A DNA stretch of 64,000 nt from Candidatus Eiseniibacteriota bacterium. GTDB lineage: Bacteria > Eisenbacteria > RBG-16-71-46 > SZUA-252. Positions 53,075 through 64,000 of this stretch are shown here, piece by piece. A program made the position numbers and the translations under genes. Each line of letters begins with the position of its first letter. Within the stretch, counting starts at the first letter, position 1. The stretch is from assembly GCA_963703225.1 (NCBI GenBank), contig OY969801.1, positions 704,001-768,000 on the forward strand. Direction: 5' to 3'. Below the pieces are notes generated by a model. The model saw only the letters and a program-made list of their open reading frames with translations. It did not search any database and was not told where the DNA came from.

Positions 53075-54019
53075 CTATCCGGCTTCCCGGAGGCGGAACT
53101 GGAACGTAATCGTGCCCCACTGGTCGCCCGTCCGTCCGCCGGTCAGCGGCTTGAAGCGCCACGTGCGCAGAGCGACGCGCGCGTTCTCATCGAAGTCCCC
53201 GAAGCCCGCGGTCCGCTGGACCACAATGTCCTCTCTCACGGTTCCGTTGGGCCGAACGACGAAATAGAGCGTGACCGAGCCTTCTTGAGCCTCGCGCTTC
53301 GCCCAATCGGGATAGATCGGAAGGGAATGGAAGAGCACCGGCCGGTCCGCGACAGGTCCCAGCAGGGATGCGCCCGCGACCGTGCGCTGGGCCGTGGCCT
53401 CGCCCGGTCTGGCGGGGTTATCCGCCTCCGACCGTGCGCCTTCCGCGATCGCTGCGGGCGAAAGAGTCGCCAGGGCCGCCGGCGCGATGCCACGCGACAA
53501 CTCCAGCGCTGCGGCGCCGCCCGCTCCATCGCGTGCCAGCTTGAGCGGCGCGGATCCGGAGCCGCCGGGTCCCGCGACCGTGGCCGTGGTTCCCAGGAGC
53601 GACGCCGGGTTCAGGGACGTCGCGGCGCCCGCGGGCTTCGCGGGCCCGCTGCGTTGCATCGATGCGAGTCGAGCCTCGAGGCGGTCCGCCAAGGGGTCCA
53701 ACTCCGATCCAACCGCGACATCTCCCTGCGAGGCGCTTCGACGGAACTGTAGGTTTTCGCGGCTTGCGTTCGCCAAGCCGGGAACGGTCTTCCGTCCCGG
53801 GGAAGCGAGCTCGACCGTGGACGCGGATGCTGGCGATGCGCTGAGATCACCGGGATCCAAGAGCGTGATTTCGGTCACGACGGGTAGCTCGGAGACAGGG
53901 CTCTTGAGGGTCATCACCCCGAGAAAGAGGAACGCATGGAGCGCGAGGCTGGCCGACATGGCCCGGCGCGTCACTCGTCGTGAGCGTACGAAATCGAGTT
54001 TCAACGACGCGACGCTCAT
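53075..54019 (-). CDS. tonB: Energy transducer TonB-family protein
   Basis: N-terminal SLALH TM helix; C-terminal PIYPDWAKREAQEGSV..VRPNG..FDENA..WRFKP. Confidence 0.88.
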   Translation of the reverse strand: MSVASLKLDFVRSRRVTRRAMSASLALHAFLFLGVMTLKSPVSELPVVTEITLLDPGDLSASPASASTVELASPGRKTVPGLANASRENLQFRRSASQGDVAVGSELDPLADRLEARLASMQRSGPAKPAGAATSLNPASLLGTTATVAGPGGSGSAPLKLARDGAGGAAALELSRGIAPAALATLSPAAIAEGARSEADNPARPGEATAQRTVAGASLLGPVADRPVLFHSLPIYPDWAKREAQEGSVTLYFVVRPNGTVREDIVVQRTAGFGDFDENARVALRTWRFKPLTGGRTGDQWGTITFQFRLREAG

Positions 54020-54444
54020 CGCGCGGCCTCCGTTTTCTGTCGGGTCGCCAGCGCAAGGCGCGTCGCGCCGGCGGCGCGGGCGTCGGCGAGGACCCCTTGG
54101 ACCGAGCGGAACGACACGCCGGAGTCTGCGCGCACGACGACCAGGACTCCTCGGTTCCGGTCCTCGGACAGGCGGGCGCGGAGCGCCGGTGTGAGATCGG
54201 ATCGCGGCACGATGTCTTCGTCGACCGCGATGGCCCCGCTGGTCGAGAGCGTGATGCTCACGTTCCGCTCGTCCTCGGCTTCCCGGGTGTGCGCCTGCGG
54301 CAGGTCGACCGGGAGATCCGCCTGCGAGAGCAGGGGAGCGGTCACCAGGAGAATGATGACGAGCACCAACGCCACGTCGATGATCGGGGTGACGTTGACC
54401 TTGGTGATCATCACCTGGTACCCGGGAACGCGGCCCCGTCTCAT
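54016..54444 (-). CDS. exbD: ExbD/TolR-family protein
   Basis: NVTPIIDVALVLVIILLV, VDLP, VRAD. Confidence 0.9.
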   Translation of the reverse strand: MRRGRVPGYQVMITKVNVTPIIDVALVLVIILLVTAPLLSQADLPVDLPQAHTREAEDERNVSITLSTSGAIAVDEDIVPRSDLTPALRARLSEDRNRGVLVVVRADSGVSFRSVQGVLADARAAGATRLALATRQKTEAAR

Positions 54445-54445
54445 G

Positions 54446-54862
54446 TCAGCCTCCTAGAACCGCGATTTGGGCCGCGCCGCAGGCCTTTGCGTCGTCGAGG
54501 ACGCCCACGAACGTGCCGTGCGTGACGTCCCCCTCGCAGCGGACGACGACCACCTTGGTACCGCTGCCGTCGAGGAGCGGCTTGAGGAACTGGGTCAGGG
54601 CGGACCGGAGGATCTGGGTTCGATTCACGACGACCGTCTCGGGATCGAGAATCGTGATCTCGATCCGCTCGGTGTCCGCGGTGATCGCGGCCTTTCGGCC
54701 CTCCTGCGCGGCGCGCTGCACCGCGATGCTCGATTGGAAGGCGAGCGGGGTCGCCACCATGAGGATGACGACGAGCACGAGCGAGACGTCGATCAGCGGC
54801 GTCATGTTCGGCTCGAAGATGCCCTCTTCGTGACGGGTGCGGGTCCGTCGAATGGGGGCCAT
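54446..54862 (-). CDS. exbD: ExbD/TolR-family protein
   Basis: NMTPLIDVSLVLVVILMV. Confidence 0.88.
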   Translation of the reverse strand: MAPIRRTRTRHEEGIFEPNMTPLIDVSLVLVVILMVATPLAFQSSIAVQRAAQEGRKAAITADTERIEITILDPETVVVNRTQILRSALTQFLKPLLDGSGTKVVVVRCEGDVTHGTFVGVLDDAKACGAAQIAVLGG

Positions 54863-54863
54863 C

Positions 54864-55521
54864 TCAGGCGACCCGCACTTTGGTCTGGAGCGTGTGCCGC
54901 GCCGGGCGGCCGTCGACGTTCATGCGGATCGTGCGGGCATGATTCTCGGCGACCGTCAGCATGATGCCCACCCGACGCACGAAATGGTTGTAGATCATCA
55001 CGGCCGGCACCGCCACCAGGAGGCCCGCCGCCGTCGTGAAAAGCGCCTCGGCCACGCCCGCGGCCACGACCGACGGTCCAGCCGAGCCGGTGCGGCGCCA
55101 TGTCGTGGAACGCCCTCATGATGCCCCACACGGTCCCGAGGAGACCGAGAAGGGGGGCGGTGTTGCCCATGGTGCCCAGGAAGCCGAGATGTCGCTCCAT
55201 CTGGAGGCGCTGCTCGCTCAGGGCGATGTGGAGCTGCTCCTCGGCCGCGTCGGGGTTCTGATCCATGCACCGGATCACATCCGCGGCGACCGGGCCCACG
55301 GGGTGCGACTCGGCCGAGCATATCCGCACGGCCTCTTCGGCGTCCCCTGAGCGCAAGGCGACCAGGGCCGACGCAAGAAGCCCATCCGGGTTGCCCCGCC
55401 GCTTCCAGAAATAGACAGCGCGCTCGATCGCAAATCCGAGGGTGAGCACGCTGCAGAGCAGAATGATCACCATCACCGGACTCGTGCGCATGGCTTCGAT
55501 CCAATCGAAGTTCTCGAACAT
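54864..55521 (-). CDS. exbB: MotA/TolQ/ExbB proton channel; frameshift near 55095
   Basis: LGTMGNTAPLLGLLGTVWGIMRAF, then VAAGVAEALFTTAAGLLVAVPA in the shifted frame. Confidence 0.9.
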
Positions 55522-55567
55522 CGCCCTGCTCCTTTCCGTCTCGGGACCGGCCTGGCCGGCCGCTTTG

Positions 55568-58500
55568 TTACGGCCTCTTGACGCCTCTTGATTCGAGCTG
55601 AGAGGCCCTGCCCGCCGCGGCCGCGGCCAGCTCGTTATCCTTCGAGTTCTGCGCGATGTCGCGATAGGCGTTCATCGCCCGCACGAAGTCCTTCCTCGCC
55701 TCGTAGATCGCCGCGCACCGGGCCAGCGCCGAAAGGCGGTATGCGTTCCGACGGTCCGTCGAGGCGGCGGCCCGGTTGTACGACTTGAGCGCCCCATCGA
55801 CGTCGCCCTGCTGCTCCAGCGCGTGTCCGACTCGGTAGTGAAGCTCCACCTCCAGAGACGCTGCGGGGCGCGAGGCGAGCGCGCGCTGGAACTCGACCAG
55901 GGCGGTGTCCTGATTGCCCAGGGCCTCCTCGATGTCTCCCAGCTGATAGGCGACGTCGGCCGCGCGCGCGTCGTTCGGGTGCTCCTCGCGGTATCGGGTC
56001 AGCGCTTCCTTCGCATCGGACGTTTGTCCCAGCTGCCGCTGACAGAGAGCGAGGTTGTACCGCGAGGCCGCCTTGACGTCCGCGCTCGTGCTCTCGCCAA
56101 GAACCTGCGTGAAGGCGAGGGCGGCGCGCATGTAGTCGTTGGCCTGGAACTGCTGGAGGCCGAGCTGGAACTCCGCGGTGGGGCGGAGCTCGCTCTCGGG
56201 GAAGAGCGTCAGGAATTGCTCGTAGGCGAGTCGCGATTCGTCCTGCGCGCCGGCCCGGGCGTAGGAGTCCGCGAGGAGAAATTGCGCCTGGTCGGCACCG
56301 GAGTAGCCCGGGAACTGGCTCACGACGCGGCGGAACCCATCGGCGGCCGGGCCGTATCGCTTCGCCTGATAGTCGCCCTTCGCGATCTGAAAGAGCGCGT
56401 CGGCGGCGAAGGTGCCGGTCGGGAATTGCTCGACCAGCTTGGCGAGGTCCGCGGTTCCCTTCGGGGTCTGGCCCATACGGTACAGGGTCAGCTCGGACCC
56501 TCGCTGCGCCTCGCGGGCCACCGGAGAATCGGGGTATCGGGCGATCACCTCGGAATAGCCCTGGAGCGCCTCGGCGTCGTGGCCGGAGTTGTACTCGCAT
56601 TGGCCGAGCCTGAGCATCGCGAGCGCGGCCCCGTCGGTCTCGGCGAAGTGCTCCAGCAGACCGCGGTAGCAGCGCCGGGCGTCGTCATAGCGCTGGGCCT
56701 GGAAGTAGAGGTCGCCCGCGCGCGCCCAGGCACGCTCGGCGATCGGGGCGTCCGCGCTGTCCTTGACGATGGCTTCCCAGTGGTCCACGGCGTCGCCCGC
56801 GCGGTTCAGCCGCACGTACGCGAGCCCGGCTTGATAGTGCGCGAGGAGCCGGCCCGGGTGCTTGGGATATCGCTTGAGGAATCCCTCGTACCCGTTCGCC
56901 GCCGCGCGGTAGTTCTTCTGGTTGAAGCGGTCGTGCGCGATGTCGAGGAGGGCCTGCGCGACGATATCGGGCCTGCCGCTTCCGCCGTAGCGCGCGACGA
57001 GACGCTCTTCCGTCGCGATGGCCAGGCTGTCCCTGCCCTGCCGCGCGTAGCTCCAGGCGAGCAGCTTGGTCGCGTTCGCTCCGATCGGATGGGTCGGGGA
57101 AGTCATGCATCAGGCGCTCCAGCGTCGCCTGGGTCTCCGGGTATCTCGCCTGCGCCGCGGACGCGTCGGCGTCGATGAGCAGCGCGTACGCGCGCCACGG
57201 CGAGCGGCTCGGCGGCATCTTTTCGAGGAGCACGTGAGGGGCGCCCGCCAGCTGACCCAGATCTCCGGCCTGGTGGTACGAATAGAGCAACAGACAGAGC
57301 GCGGCGTCGACCAGCTCGAGGCGCTCCGGCGAACGGAACATGTCGAGGCTGGGCTTGTCCACTTGCGCCACGTAGCGGTCGAGCACGATCTGGAAGTAAG
57401 GCGCCGCGAGGCGGGGTTTCCCTTGGGAGAGGAGCCCGACGCCCGCGAGGTAGGCGGCGGCCGGGGCTTCCGGCTCCAGCGGGTATCCCGAGACGACGGC
57501 CTGATAGCTGCCGGTCGCGTCGCCCTTCCGGCCGAGGGCGTCCAGGCAACGGCCGATCCGATACTGGGCGCTCGCGGCGACGGAGTGCTGGAAGTATTGC
57601 TTCAGCACGCGATTCATCTCGACGATGGCCTCGGCGTACAGGCCGCGGCTCGAGAGCACTTCGCCGACGAGGAACTGCGCGCGCGCCGCGACGTTGGTGT
57701 CCGGGTAGCGCTCCACGATGCCGCGGAGCAAGCCGAGCGCGGAGTCGGCGGCGCCCGCCAGAAAGACCGACCCCGCTCCGCGGACCTCGGCCTCGGCGAT
57801 GACGCGAGGATCCTGGGCGTTGCGCGCGACGCGGCTGAATTCCTCCGCCGCGCTCTTGTAGTCGCGGACCAGCAGAAACGCGTCCGCTTTCCCCAGCATG
57901 GCAGGGTCGCGGAGCGGAGAGCCGGGGTAGCGATCGACTACTTCCTTGAACGCCGCGGCCGCCTGAAGCACCGATCCCTGGCCACGGTAGCAGAGGGCCC
58001 GGAGATAGGTGGCCGAAGCGCCGGTAGTCTTGGGATTGATGGCGGCGAGCGCATCACGCGGCTTTCCCTGCACGTACAGCAACGTGGCCCGGGCCATTGC
58101 CACGCGCGCATCGCGCTCGTACCACGCGCCCGCCTGAGGCATGGTCGCGATCAGCTTGGCCGCGAGATCGATCTCGCCGCGGCGCAGCGCGTTCCATGCT
58201 TGGGCGAGGCGAGCCTCCCCACGAAGCGGACTCTCCGGGTGGCGCTTCTCCCAATCGATCCAGGCGTCGGCCGCCTCGCGATCCCGCCCCGCGGCCTCCG
58301 TCGCGCAGATCGACTCGAACTCGACGTCGTCCACGTAGGGGCCGTTTCCCATCCGCCCCGCGGCCCGTCGGAACTCATCCGCGGCGCCCGCATAGTCCTT
58401 CAGCTCGTAGCGGATCTGGGCGGAGAGCGCCGAGACGGCGGCCTGCTCCTCTTGGGAAAGGTCGCCGCGGAGCGAGGCGGCGGTGGTCCGCCCGAGCTCC

Positions 58501-58703
58501 TCCAGGGCTCCGACTCGGTCCGCGCCGGAGAGCAGACGCGCCGATTCGAACGAGATCCCCGTCGACTTGATCTCGTTGGATCCGCTCGCCTTCCCGGGCT
58601 CCGGGCGGCTCTTGTCACCGGCGAGTACCCGACCCGGCGCGACGAGCAACCCGAGCGTGAGGCCGACGGCGACGACCGAGCGGTGGAAGCAGGTCTTGAT
58701 CAT
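55568..58703 (-). CDS. Large exported tetratricopeptide-repeat protein; frameshift near 57100
   Basis: GAGGA SD; signal peptide; many A..F..V...YP.S...A repeats across ORFs 56685..58727 and 55568..57106. Confidence 0.85.
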
Positions 58704-58723
58704 GATTTCGGTCCTCGCTCCGT

Positions 58724-59980
58724 TCACTCGACCGGGATGACGGGGACGGTTCCTTGCGGCCCACCGGTCGAAATCTGGACCACGCGTGTGTGGCTTTCGA
58801 TCTCGCTTCCCTCTTGGTCCAGAACGGTCAGCGTGTACCGGTAGCTGCCGTCGGGAAGGGGGGCGCCCTTCTCGTCCTTTCCGTCCCAGAGGAGGTGGGC
58901 CGGCGGCGCCCCCTTGCCCCCGAACGTGCGGACCGTCTCGTCGGACTTGTTCACGAGGCTCAACGTCCAGCTCTCCGGCTGGCCCTTCGTGCGCGCGTTC
59001 AGGTCGATCTTGGTCACGGCCTTTTCGCCGGTGGGCGAGAAGACGGGAGGATCGGCCTTGGCGCTCGCGAAGAAGCCGCCGAATCGGTACGTGAGACCGA
59101 GCCGGTGCATCATGCCCAGCGGGTGATCGATCACCCCGTAGTCGAACTGGTACTTTCCGGCGAAGCGGTACGAGAGCCCGCCGGCCGGCTCCTGGTCATC
59201 CATTCCCACGCGAAGCCCGATGGAGTTCTGCACCCAGTATTCCGTGCCGGCGCGGACGCGCGTCCCGGGGCCATTTGACTGATCCAACTCCGCGGTCAAT
59301 AGGCCGCGGCCGCGGAGGAGCTGCGCCGAGAATCCCGCCCGGAACTCGATCGGGTAGGTCTCCTTGGAATCGCGCAGGGTGATGGATGGACCTCCCAGGT
59401 TGAGCACGGAAGCCCCCACCTTGATGGCCGGGGTCAGATTGTAGAGTCCGCCGAGGTCAAAGCCGACGCCGGTGCCGGCGAAGTCCTCGACGCTCTGCCG
59501 CACCATCTTCGCGTTGGCGCCAATCGCGAGGCGGGTGTTCACGCTCTTGGCCATCGACAGGATGTAGGCCGTCTCGCCCTCGCCAAATGTTCCCAGCGGA
59601 TCGTTCAGCTCGTTCGTCCGCTCGAAGTTCCCCGAGCTCAGGTAGACGACAGTCAGGCCGAAGCTCGGGAGCCTGTTCCCGGGGACCGCGAAGTTGAATG
59701 CGTTGATCGATGTGTCTTCGAACAGTCGCGCCGTCTCGAAGCGAAGCTCGTTCGGAACAAGCTGGGCAAGCCCGGCCGGATTCCACACTGCAGCCGAGGC
59801 TTCATCCGCTAGGCCGACGAAGGCCCCACCGAGCCCCAACGTGCGGGCCGTGACGTACTGCGAGAGCCACGAGCCCGGGACGCCCCCAGTCTCATTTTGC
59901 GCAGCCGCGGGAGCCGCCGAAAGCGACAGCGTCAGTAGGAATATCGCCCCGCTCTTCATCAAGCGATCGATGCGTATCAT
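58724..59980 (-). CDS. PorV/PorQ-family beta-barrel fused to C-terminal FlgD-like domain
   Basis: ARTLGLGGAFVGLADEASAAVWNPAGL, GFDLG, NLG, GTEYW, LRVG, FDYG, HRLGLTYRF; then WDGKD..PDGSYRY. Confidence 0.85.
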   Translation of the reverse strand: MIRIDRLMKSGAIFLLTLSLSAAPAAAQNETGGVPGSWLSQYVTARTLGLGGAFVGLADEASAAVWNPAGLAQLVPNELRFETARLFEDTSINAFNFAVPGNRLPSFGLTVVYLSSGNFERTNELNDPLGTFGEGETAYILSMAKSVNTRLAIGANAKMVRQSVEDFAGTGVGFDLGGLYNLTPAIKVGASVLNLGGPSITLRDSKETYPIEFRAGFSAQLLRGRGLLTAELDQSNGPGTRVRAGTEYWVQNSIGLRVGMDDQEPAGGLSYRFAGKYQFDYGVIDHPLGMMHRLGLTYRFGGFFASAKADPPVFSPTGEKAVTKIDLNARTKGQPESWTLSLVNKSDETVRTFGGKGAPPAHLLWDGKDEKGAPLPDGSYRYTLTVLDQEGSEIESHTRVVQISTGGPQGTVPVIPVE

Positions 59981-59991
59981 CGGAATTCCCC

Positions 59992-62900
59992 CTAGCGGAC
60001 GACCGCGATCTTGCGGCGAATGACATGCAGCGTCGAACCTTGCCCTTGAGCCTCGATGAGCACGACGTATCCGCCGCTCGCGACCACTTCACCCTTGCCG
60101 TTTCTGCCGTCCCAGACCCACTCGTTGGAGCCGGGATTGCCCCCCGGCATGCCGCGATCGAAGACCACCCGGCGCACCAGAGAGCCGCGTGTTCGTGAAG
60201 ACGCGGAGCGTCACGGTCGCGAGGTCGTCGAGCTTGTACGCGATCGTCGTGCCCTCGCTGCCGGCATGGAACGGGTTCGGAAAGTTCGTGGCATAACCGC
60301 CGCCAGCGGTCGGATCCACGAGAGCGACTTCGAGATCGAGATCCTGCGTGAATCCGCCCGAGGAGGCTCGAAGGTGATCGACCTCGGGATCGCGGGGACT
60401 CAGGAAGTCGGCCCGCGCGTCGCCGTTCGCGTCGGTCAGGCTGTCGATGGGTGTCAGGATGCCGGTGCCGGAGAGGAGCGCGAAGGACATCGGACGGTCC
60501 GGGACGCCGTTTTCGTAGGCGTCCACCACGCGGGCGGTCAGCGTGGCGTGCTTGTTGCCGCCCACCCAGCTTGGGCTCGAGGCGAGGCGGACGGCGCTCG
60601 GCGGGCCGGGCGTGATCGTGATGATGTTGCTGCTCGCCGGCGCGTTCCCCGCGTCGTCGTGCGCGATCAGGATGATCGGCTCGCTGAACGTGTACGTCTC
60701 GGAGATCGAGCGCTGGCCTTGGATCAGCTGGAACTGGGTCGTGGCCAGCGTCCCGCGCCCGGGCGCCTGGGTGGAGGCGTTCTGCACCTCGACCGTGACG
60801 AAGGAGTTGATCTCCTGGATCACGCTTCCGGCGTCGTTCTTCGCCCTGACGGTCAGGGTGAACGGGCTACCCGCCTGGGCGGTCGACGGAGCGACCGAAG
60901 CCTCGAGGTGGAAACCGCTCGAGATCGCTTCGACCGGTGTGGTGCTCCCGGTCCGGGACGGATTCGTGACGTCGGAGACGGTGATTTGCTGGAAGCCACC
61001 CGTCGACAGTCGCAGGTTCATGTCGGCGCGCCCGTTCACCATGGCCTGGTCCGGAGGAAGCTGGGCCAGCGGGTCCCCGGACGCGATGTGCACGACGTCG
61101 GTGGGTCCCGTGACCGGGTTCCACCACTGGATCCGTCGCGAGCACGGTGAGCGTGAAGGCGTAGTTGATCGACTGCGCGGTCGCGGAGCCTGTGCGGCCG
61201 CTCGCGGTGCCCGGCGCCGGGGACTCGCCCGGCGCGAGAACCAGCACTCGCGAGAACGCGCCTCCGACGATCGTGACGCTTCCGGACGTGTTGTCCGAGA
61301 TGGCGGAGTTGTCCACGTCATGCGCGGTGATGGTCTGCGGCCCACTCTTGTAGAGACGGCCCGGGAAGGTGAGCTGTCCGCTCACGAGCGTCGTTTCGGC
61401 GGGCAGGCCCGCGAAGGCGTCTGTCGACGTGAGCGCGACACGGTCACCGATGCCGCTCACGACGTTCCAGTAGGCGTCGACCGCGCGGATCGTGATGGGG
61501 AAGGGGGTACCGGCCGTCTGATTGTACGGCGTCCCGTCCTTGCCGTCGGCGGTGCCGCCCTTCGCGGTCTCGCCCGGCAGGATGACTTGGAGCTTCGTGA
61601 AGGAGGCGGGATTGACGACTACGGTCCCGCTCGTTCCTGTGGCGGCCGGTGTCGAGAAGTCGGTGCACGTGAGCCGCACGGAGGAGCCGGCCCCGAAGAA
61701 GGTGACCGGGCCGGTCCAGACACCGGCCACGAACGTGATCAAGCTCGGCGTGCTGGTACCGGAACCCGTGTTGGCGGCCAGGACCGCGTCGCCCGCATAG
61801 TCATAGACCGTGTTCCCACTGGGGTCGACCGCGCGGATCGTGATCGTGACCGGGACGCCCGCTACTTGAGGTGAGGGGATCGCTGGAAAGGCAAAGTGGT
61901 CGGCCGCGCTCGGGATCACCTGGATTCCGGTGGTCGTCATCGACGTGATGTTCGAGTTGGTCTGGTCCGTCACCGTCAGCGTCTGCGTTCCCACGGTTAT
62001 GAACGTGAACGCGAGCTGCCGGAAGCCCGCCGAGAGGTTCCCATTGACCGGCGTGTCCGCTGGATCGGTGGGCGATGAGACACGGACGGCGTCCCCGCTC
62101 GACACCGGATTCCAGTAGTCATCGGTCGCGTAGACGTTCACCGTGAAACTGCGGCCGGCTGCCTGATTCGCCGCAACCCCGGTGATGCCGCTCACGCTTC
62201 CGGGAAGGGGCGACTGGCCCGGCGCCACGATCTGCAGTCGCCGGAACGCTCCGGGGTGGACGACGAAAGCGTTGCTGACACCGCTCTGGGATGGATGGCC
62301 CTGGACTTCGGCCGCGACGAATACGTTCCCAGTGCTCGGATCCGTCTCGTCGGCCCGGTAGACGGTGACGCTGCCGCTCCATTGGCCAGACGTCAGGTTT
62401 ACGGTGGCCGGGGTGATGCGGCCATCGCCGAAGCTGGTAAGTTGACGCAGCTGCACCGTGCCCGAGAACCCGCTCACGAGGTCGCCGTTCGGATCCCGAG
62501 CCGTGATCGTGGCCGAGATCGAGACACCGGCGTTCTGGTCCCTTGGAATAGTCGAGAACTCAAGACTCTGGAGCACGATCGATCGGACCAAGGAGCTGGG
62601 GCCGTCCGGAATCGTCACGTCCGACTGGTCGTGCGCGTAGATGGTGAAGTTACCGCCCGCATTCAAGATCACGAGGAAGTCGCCAGTGCCCCCGACGAGT
62701 TGGGCCGCGGCAGGGAGCGACGCGCTAGCGTCCGAACAGAGAATCTGGATCGAGTGGGTTACCGTGGGCACCAGCGCCCAGGACGCGTCGCATGCACGAA
62801 CCGTCATGTAGAATGGAATGCCCGCGGTCTGCGCGGCCGGGCTCCCCGTCTTGCCCGAAGGCGTTCCAGGGGCCGCCGTTTCGCCGGGCAGCAACACTTG

Positions 62901-63005
62901 GAGCCGCGAGAACGGCCCAGCGATCGCGGGGACGGCTGTGAGTAGCGCGGTCAAAGCCAGAGCCAGCCATACTCCCGCGCGAGCGGCGCGAAGTGTTTGC
63001 CGCAC
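59992..63005 (-). CDS. Large secreted Ig-like repeat protein with C-terminal FlgD/T9SS-type domain; frameshifts near 61135 and 60185
   Basis: GAGGAGG SD, GTG start, signal peptide; four LQV.LPGE..PG repeats; NFPNPF..WDGRNGKGEVVASGGY..RKIAVVR tail. Confidence 0.8.
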
Positions 63006-63119
63006 GACGAACCTCCTCGATTACGGTTTGCCTGCTTTTCCCGGCGATTGGACCCGACCCGGTTCAAATCGCCGCGGTGACGCGTCCTGGGTGGACGCTG
63101 AGCCGACCCCGTTCTCCAC

Positions 63120-63135
63120 TGCAGGCGGCGTGCCG
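63120..63135 (-). promoter_or_regulatory. Sigma54 (-24/-12) promoter candidate for the cargo-PorV-TonB operon
   Basis: CGGCACGCCGCCTGCA (GG-N10-GC) about 115 nt upstream of the start codon. Confidence 0.55.
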
Positions 63136-63362
63136 CGATTTCATGCAGATTGCGGGCCGCGCGGCGCGGCGCGCCGATCTGGTTGTGATGAACCCTTCGT
63201 GCTCATCGCAGGACGCAAGGGTGGCTCGAAGAATCCAGAACCCTCACGAGATCTGGGTGTGGCCCATCGGGTCTTCTCATGCAGACCGCGAGACGCGAGA
63301 CGCGGCGCGGTTGCAGATTGGAGTTCCTGCTCGGCGCCTGCAGCGTGGGTTTCCCCAAGGTT

Positions 63363-63407
63363 CCCAACAAAGCGAATGGGCGGGACGCGAGTGCGCCCGC
63401 CCATCGC
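63363..63407 (-). terminator. Rho-independent terminator candidate
   Basis: ATGGGCGGG/CCCGCCCAT stem followed on the minus strand by TTTGTT. Confidence 0.6.
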
Positions 63408-63431
63408 CTGAGATCACACGACCGCGATCGA

Positions 63432-64000
63432 CTACTTCACGACCGCGACCCGCTGGACGACCTCTCCCTCCGGGGCCTGAATCCGGAAGAGATACACGCC
63501 TGAAGCCACATGTTGACTCTGCGCGTTCGATCCGTCCCACGTCAGCGTCTGATCGCCGACGCCGCGGAACCCGTCCAACAGAGACTTCACGAGCCGACCT
63601 CGCATGTCGTAGATCGACACGCGGACCCGACCCTCACGGGACAGGGTGAAGGAGAGCTCCGTCTTCGGGTTGACGGGGTTCGGCCTGACCTTCGGCTTCA
63701 TCTTGCAGCCTTTGCCGCCCTCGCCGTCCCCGTTCCTATGCTCGGTTCTCTCGCTGTCAGGCCGAACCTTGCTGAACCTTGCCACCACCGTGGCGCCGCT
63801 CGCCAGGAAGGCATGGATTTCGGCATCGGCCAGGTCGCACGGCAGCTGGCTCCCGGCGAAGAGGCGCAGTAGGGCCTCTGTCGAGAAGCAGGCGCGGATT
63901 CCAAGCGTGTCGCAATCGCCATCCGTGCCGTCATCGCAATCCTCGTGGCCAGTGCCATGGCCAATGCCGTAGCGGTGCTCATGGTCGTGGCAGTCCTTCT
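63432..64000 (-). CDS. 3' end of a protein with FlgD/T9SS-type C-terminal domain (5' end outside the window)
   Basis: Frame open to window edge; RPNPVNP, IYDMRGRLVKSL, WDG, VASGVYLFRI. Confidence 0.8.
   Translation of the reverse strand, partial: KDCHDHEHRYGIGHGTGHEDCDDGTDGDCDTLGIRACFSTEALLRLFAGSQLPCDLADAEIHAFLASGATVVARFSKVRPDSERTEHRNGDGEGGKGCKMKPKVRPNPVNPKTELSFTLSREGRVRVSIYDMRGRLVKSLLDGFRGVGDQTLTWDGSNAQSQHVASGVYLFRIQAPEGEVVQRVAVVK

Noticed and set aside
63417..63448. 11-bp direct repeat CACGACCGCGA flanking a stop codon
   Set aside because: Too short to support readthrough or a target-site duplication; probably a local micro-duplication.

Overview
High-GC bacterial chromosomal window. Gene style (FlgD/T9SS-type C-terminal domains, PorV-family barrel, C25 peptidase) suggests an FCB-related candidate lineage such as Ca. 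Eisenbacteria; this is inference and the 16S gene should be classified to check it. Left arm: two secreted hypotheticals, an AlkP-family/UbiA pair, a gingipain-like C25 gene joined to a peptidoglycan-recycling operon (murQ, sugar ABC, anmK, SpoIID/LytB), tRNA-Asp and housekeeping genes (speB, rlmI-like, mazG, alr, cdd, pdp, PBP1A, tyrS). Middle: a complete rrn operon (16S, tRNA-Ile, tRNA-Ala, 23S, 5S). Its 23S carries two group I introns, at E. coli-equivalent sites L1917 and L1931, separated by a 14-nt exon. The second intron encodes a LAGLIDADG endonuclease whose best SD/ATG lies at the 3' end of the first intron. Right arm: an operon of apparently exported ammonia-releasing enzymes (glutaminase, aspartase, asparaginase, amidohydrolase) interleaved with four outer-membrane barrel genes. 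It is followed by a putatively sigma54-driven operon joining a large repeat cargo protein, a PorV-family barrel, a TPR protein and ExbB/ExbD/ExbD/TonB. Many genes have single-base frameshifts that look like long-read indel errors, so several coordinates are reconstructed. No CRISPR array, integrase or transposase was seen.
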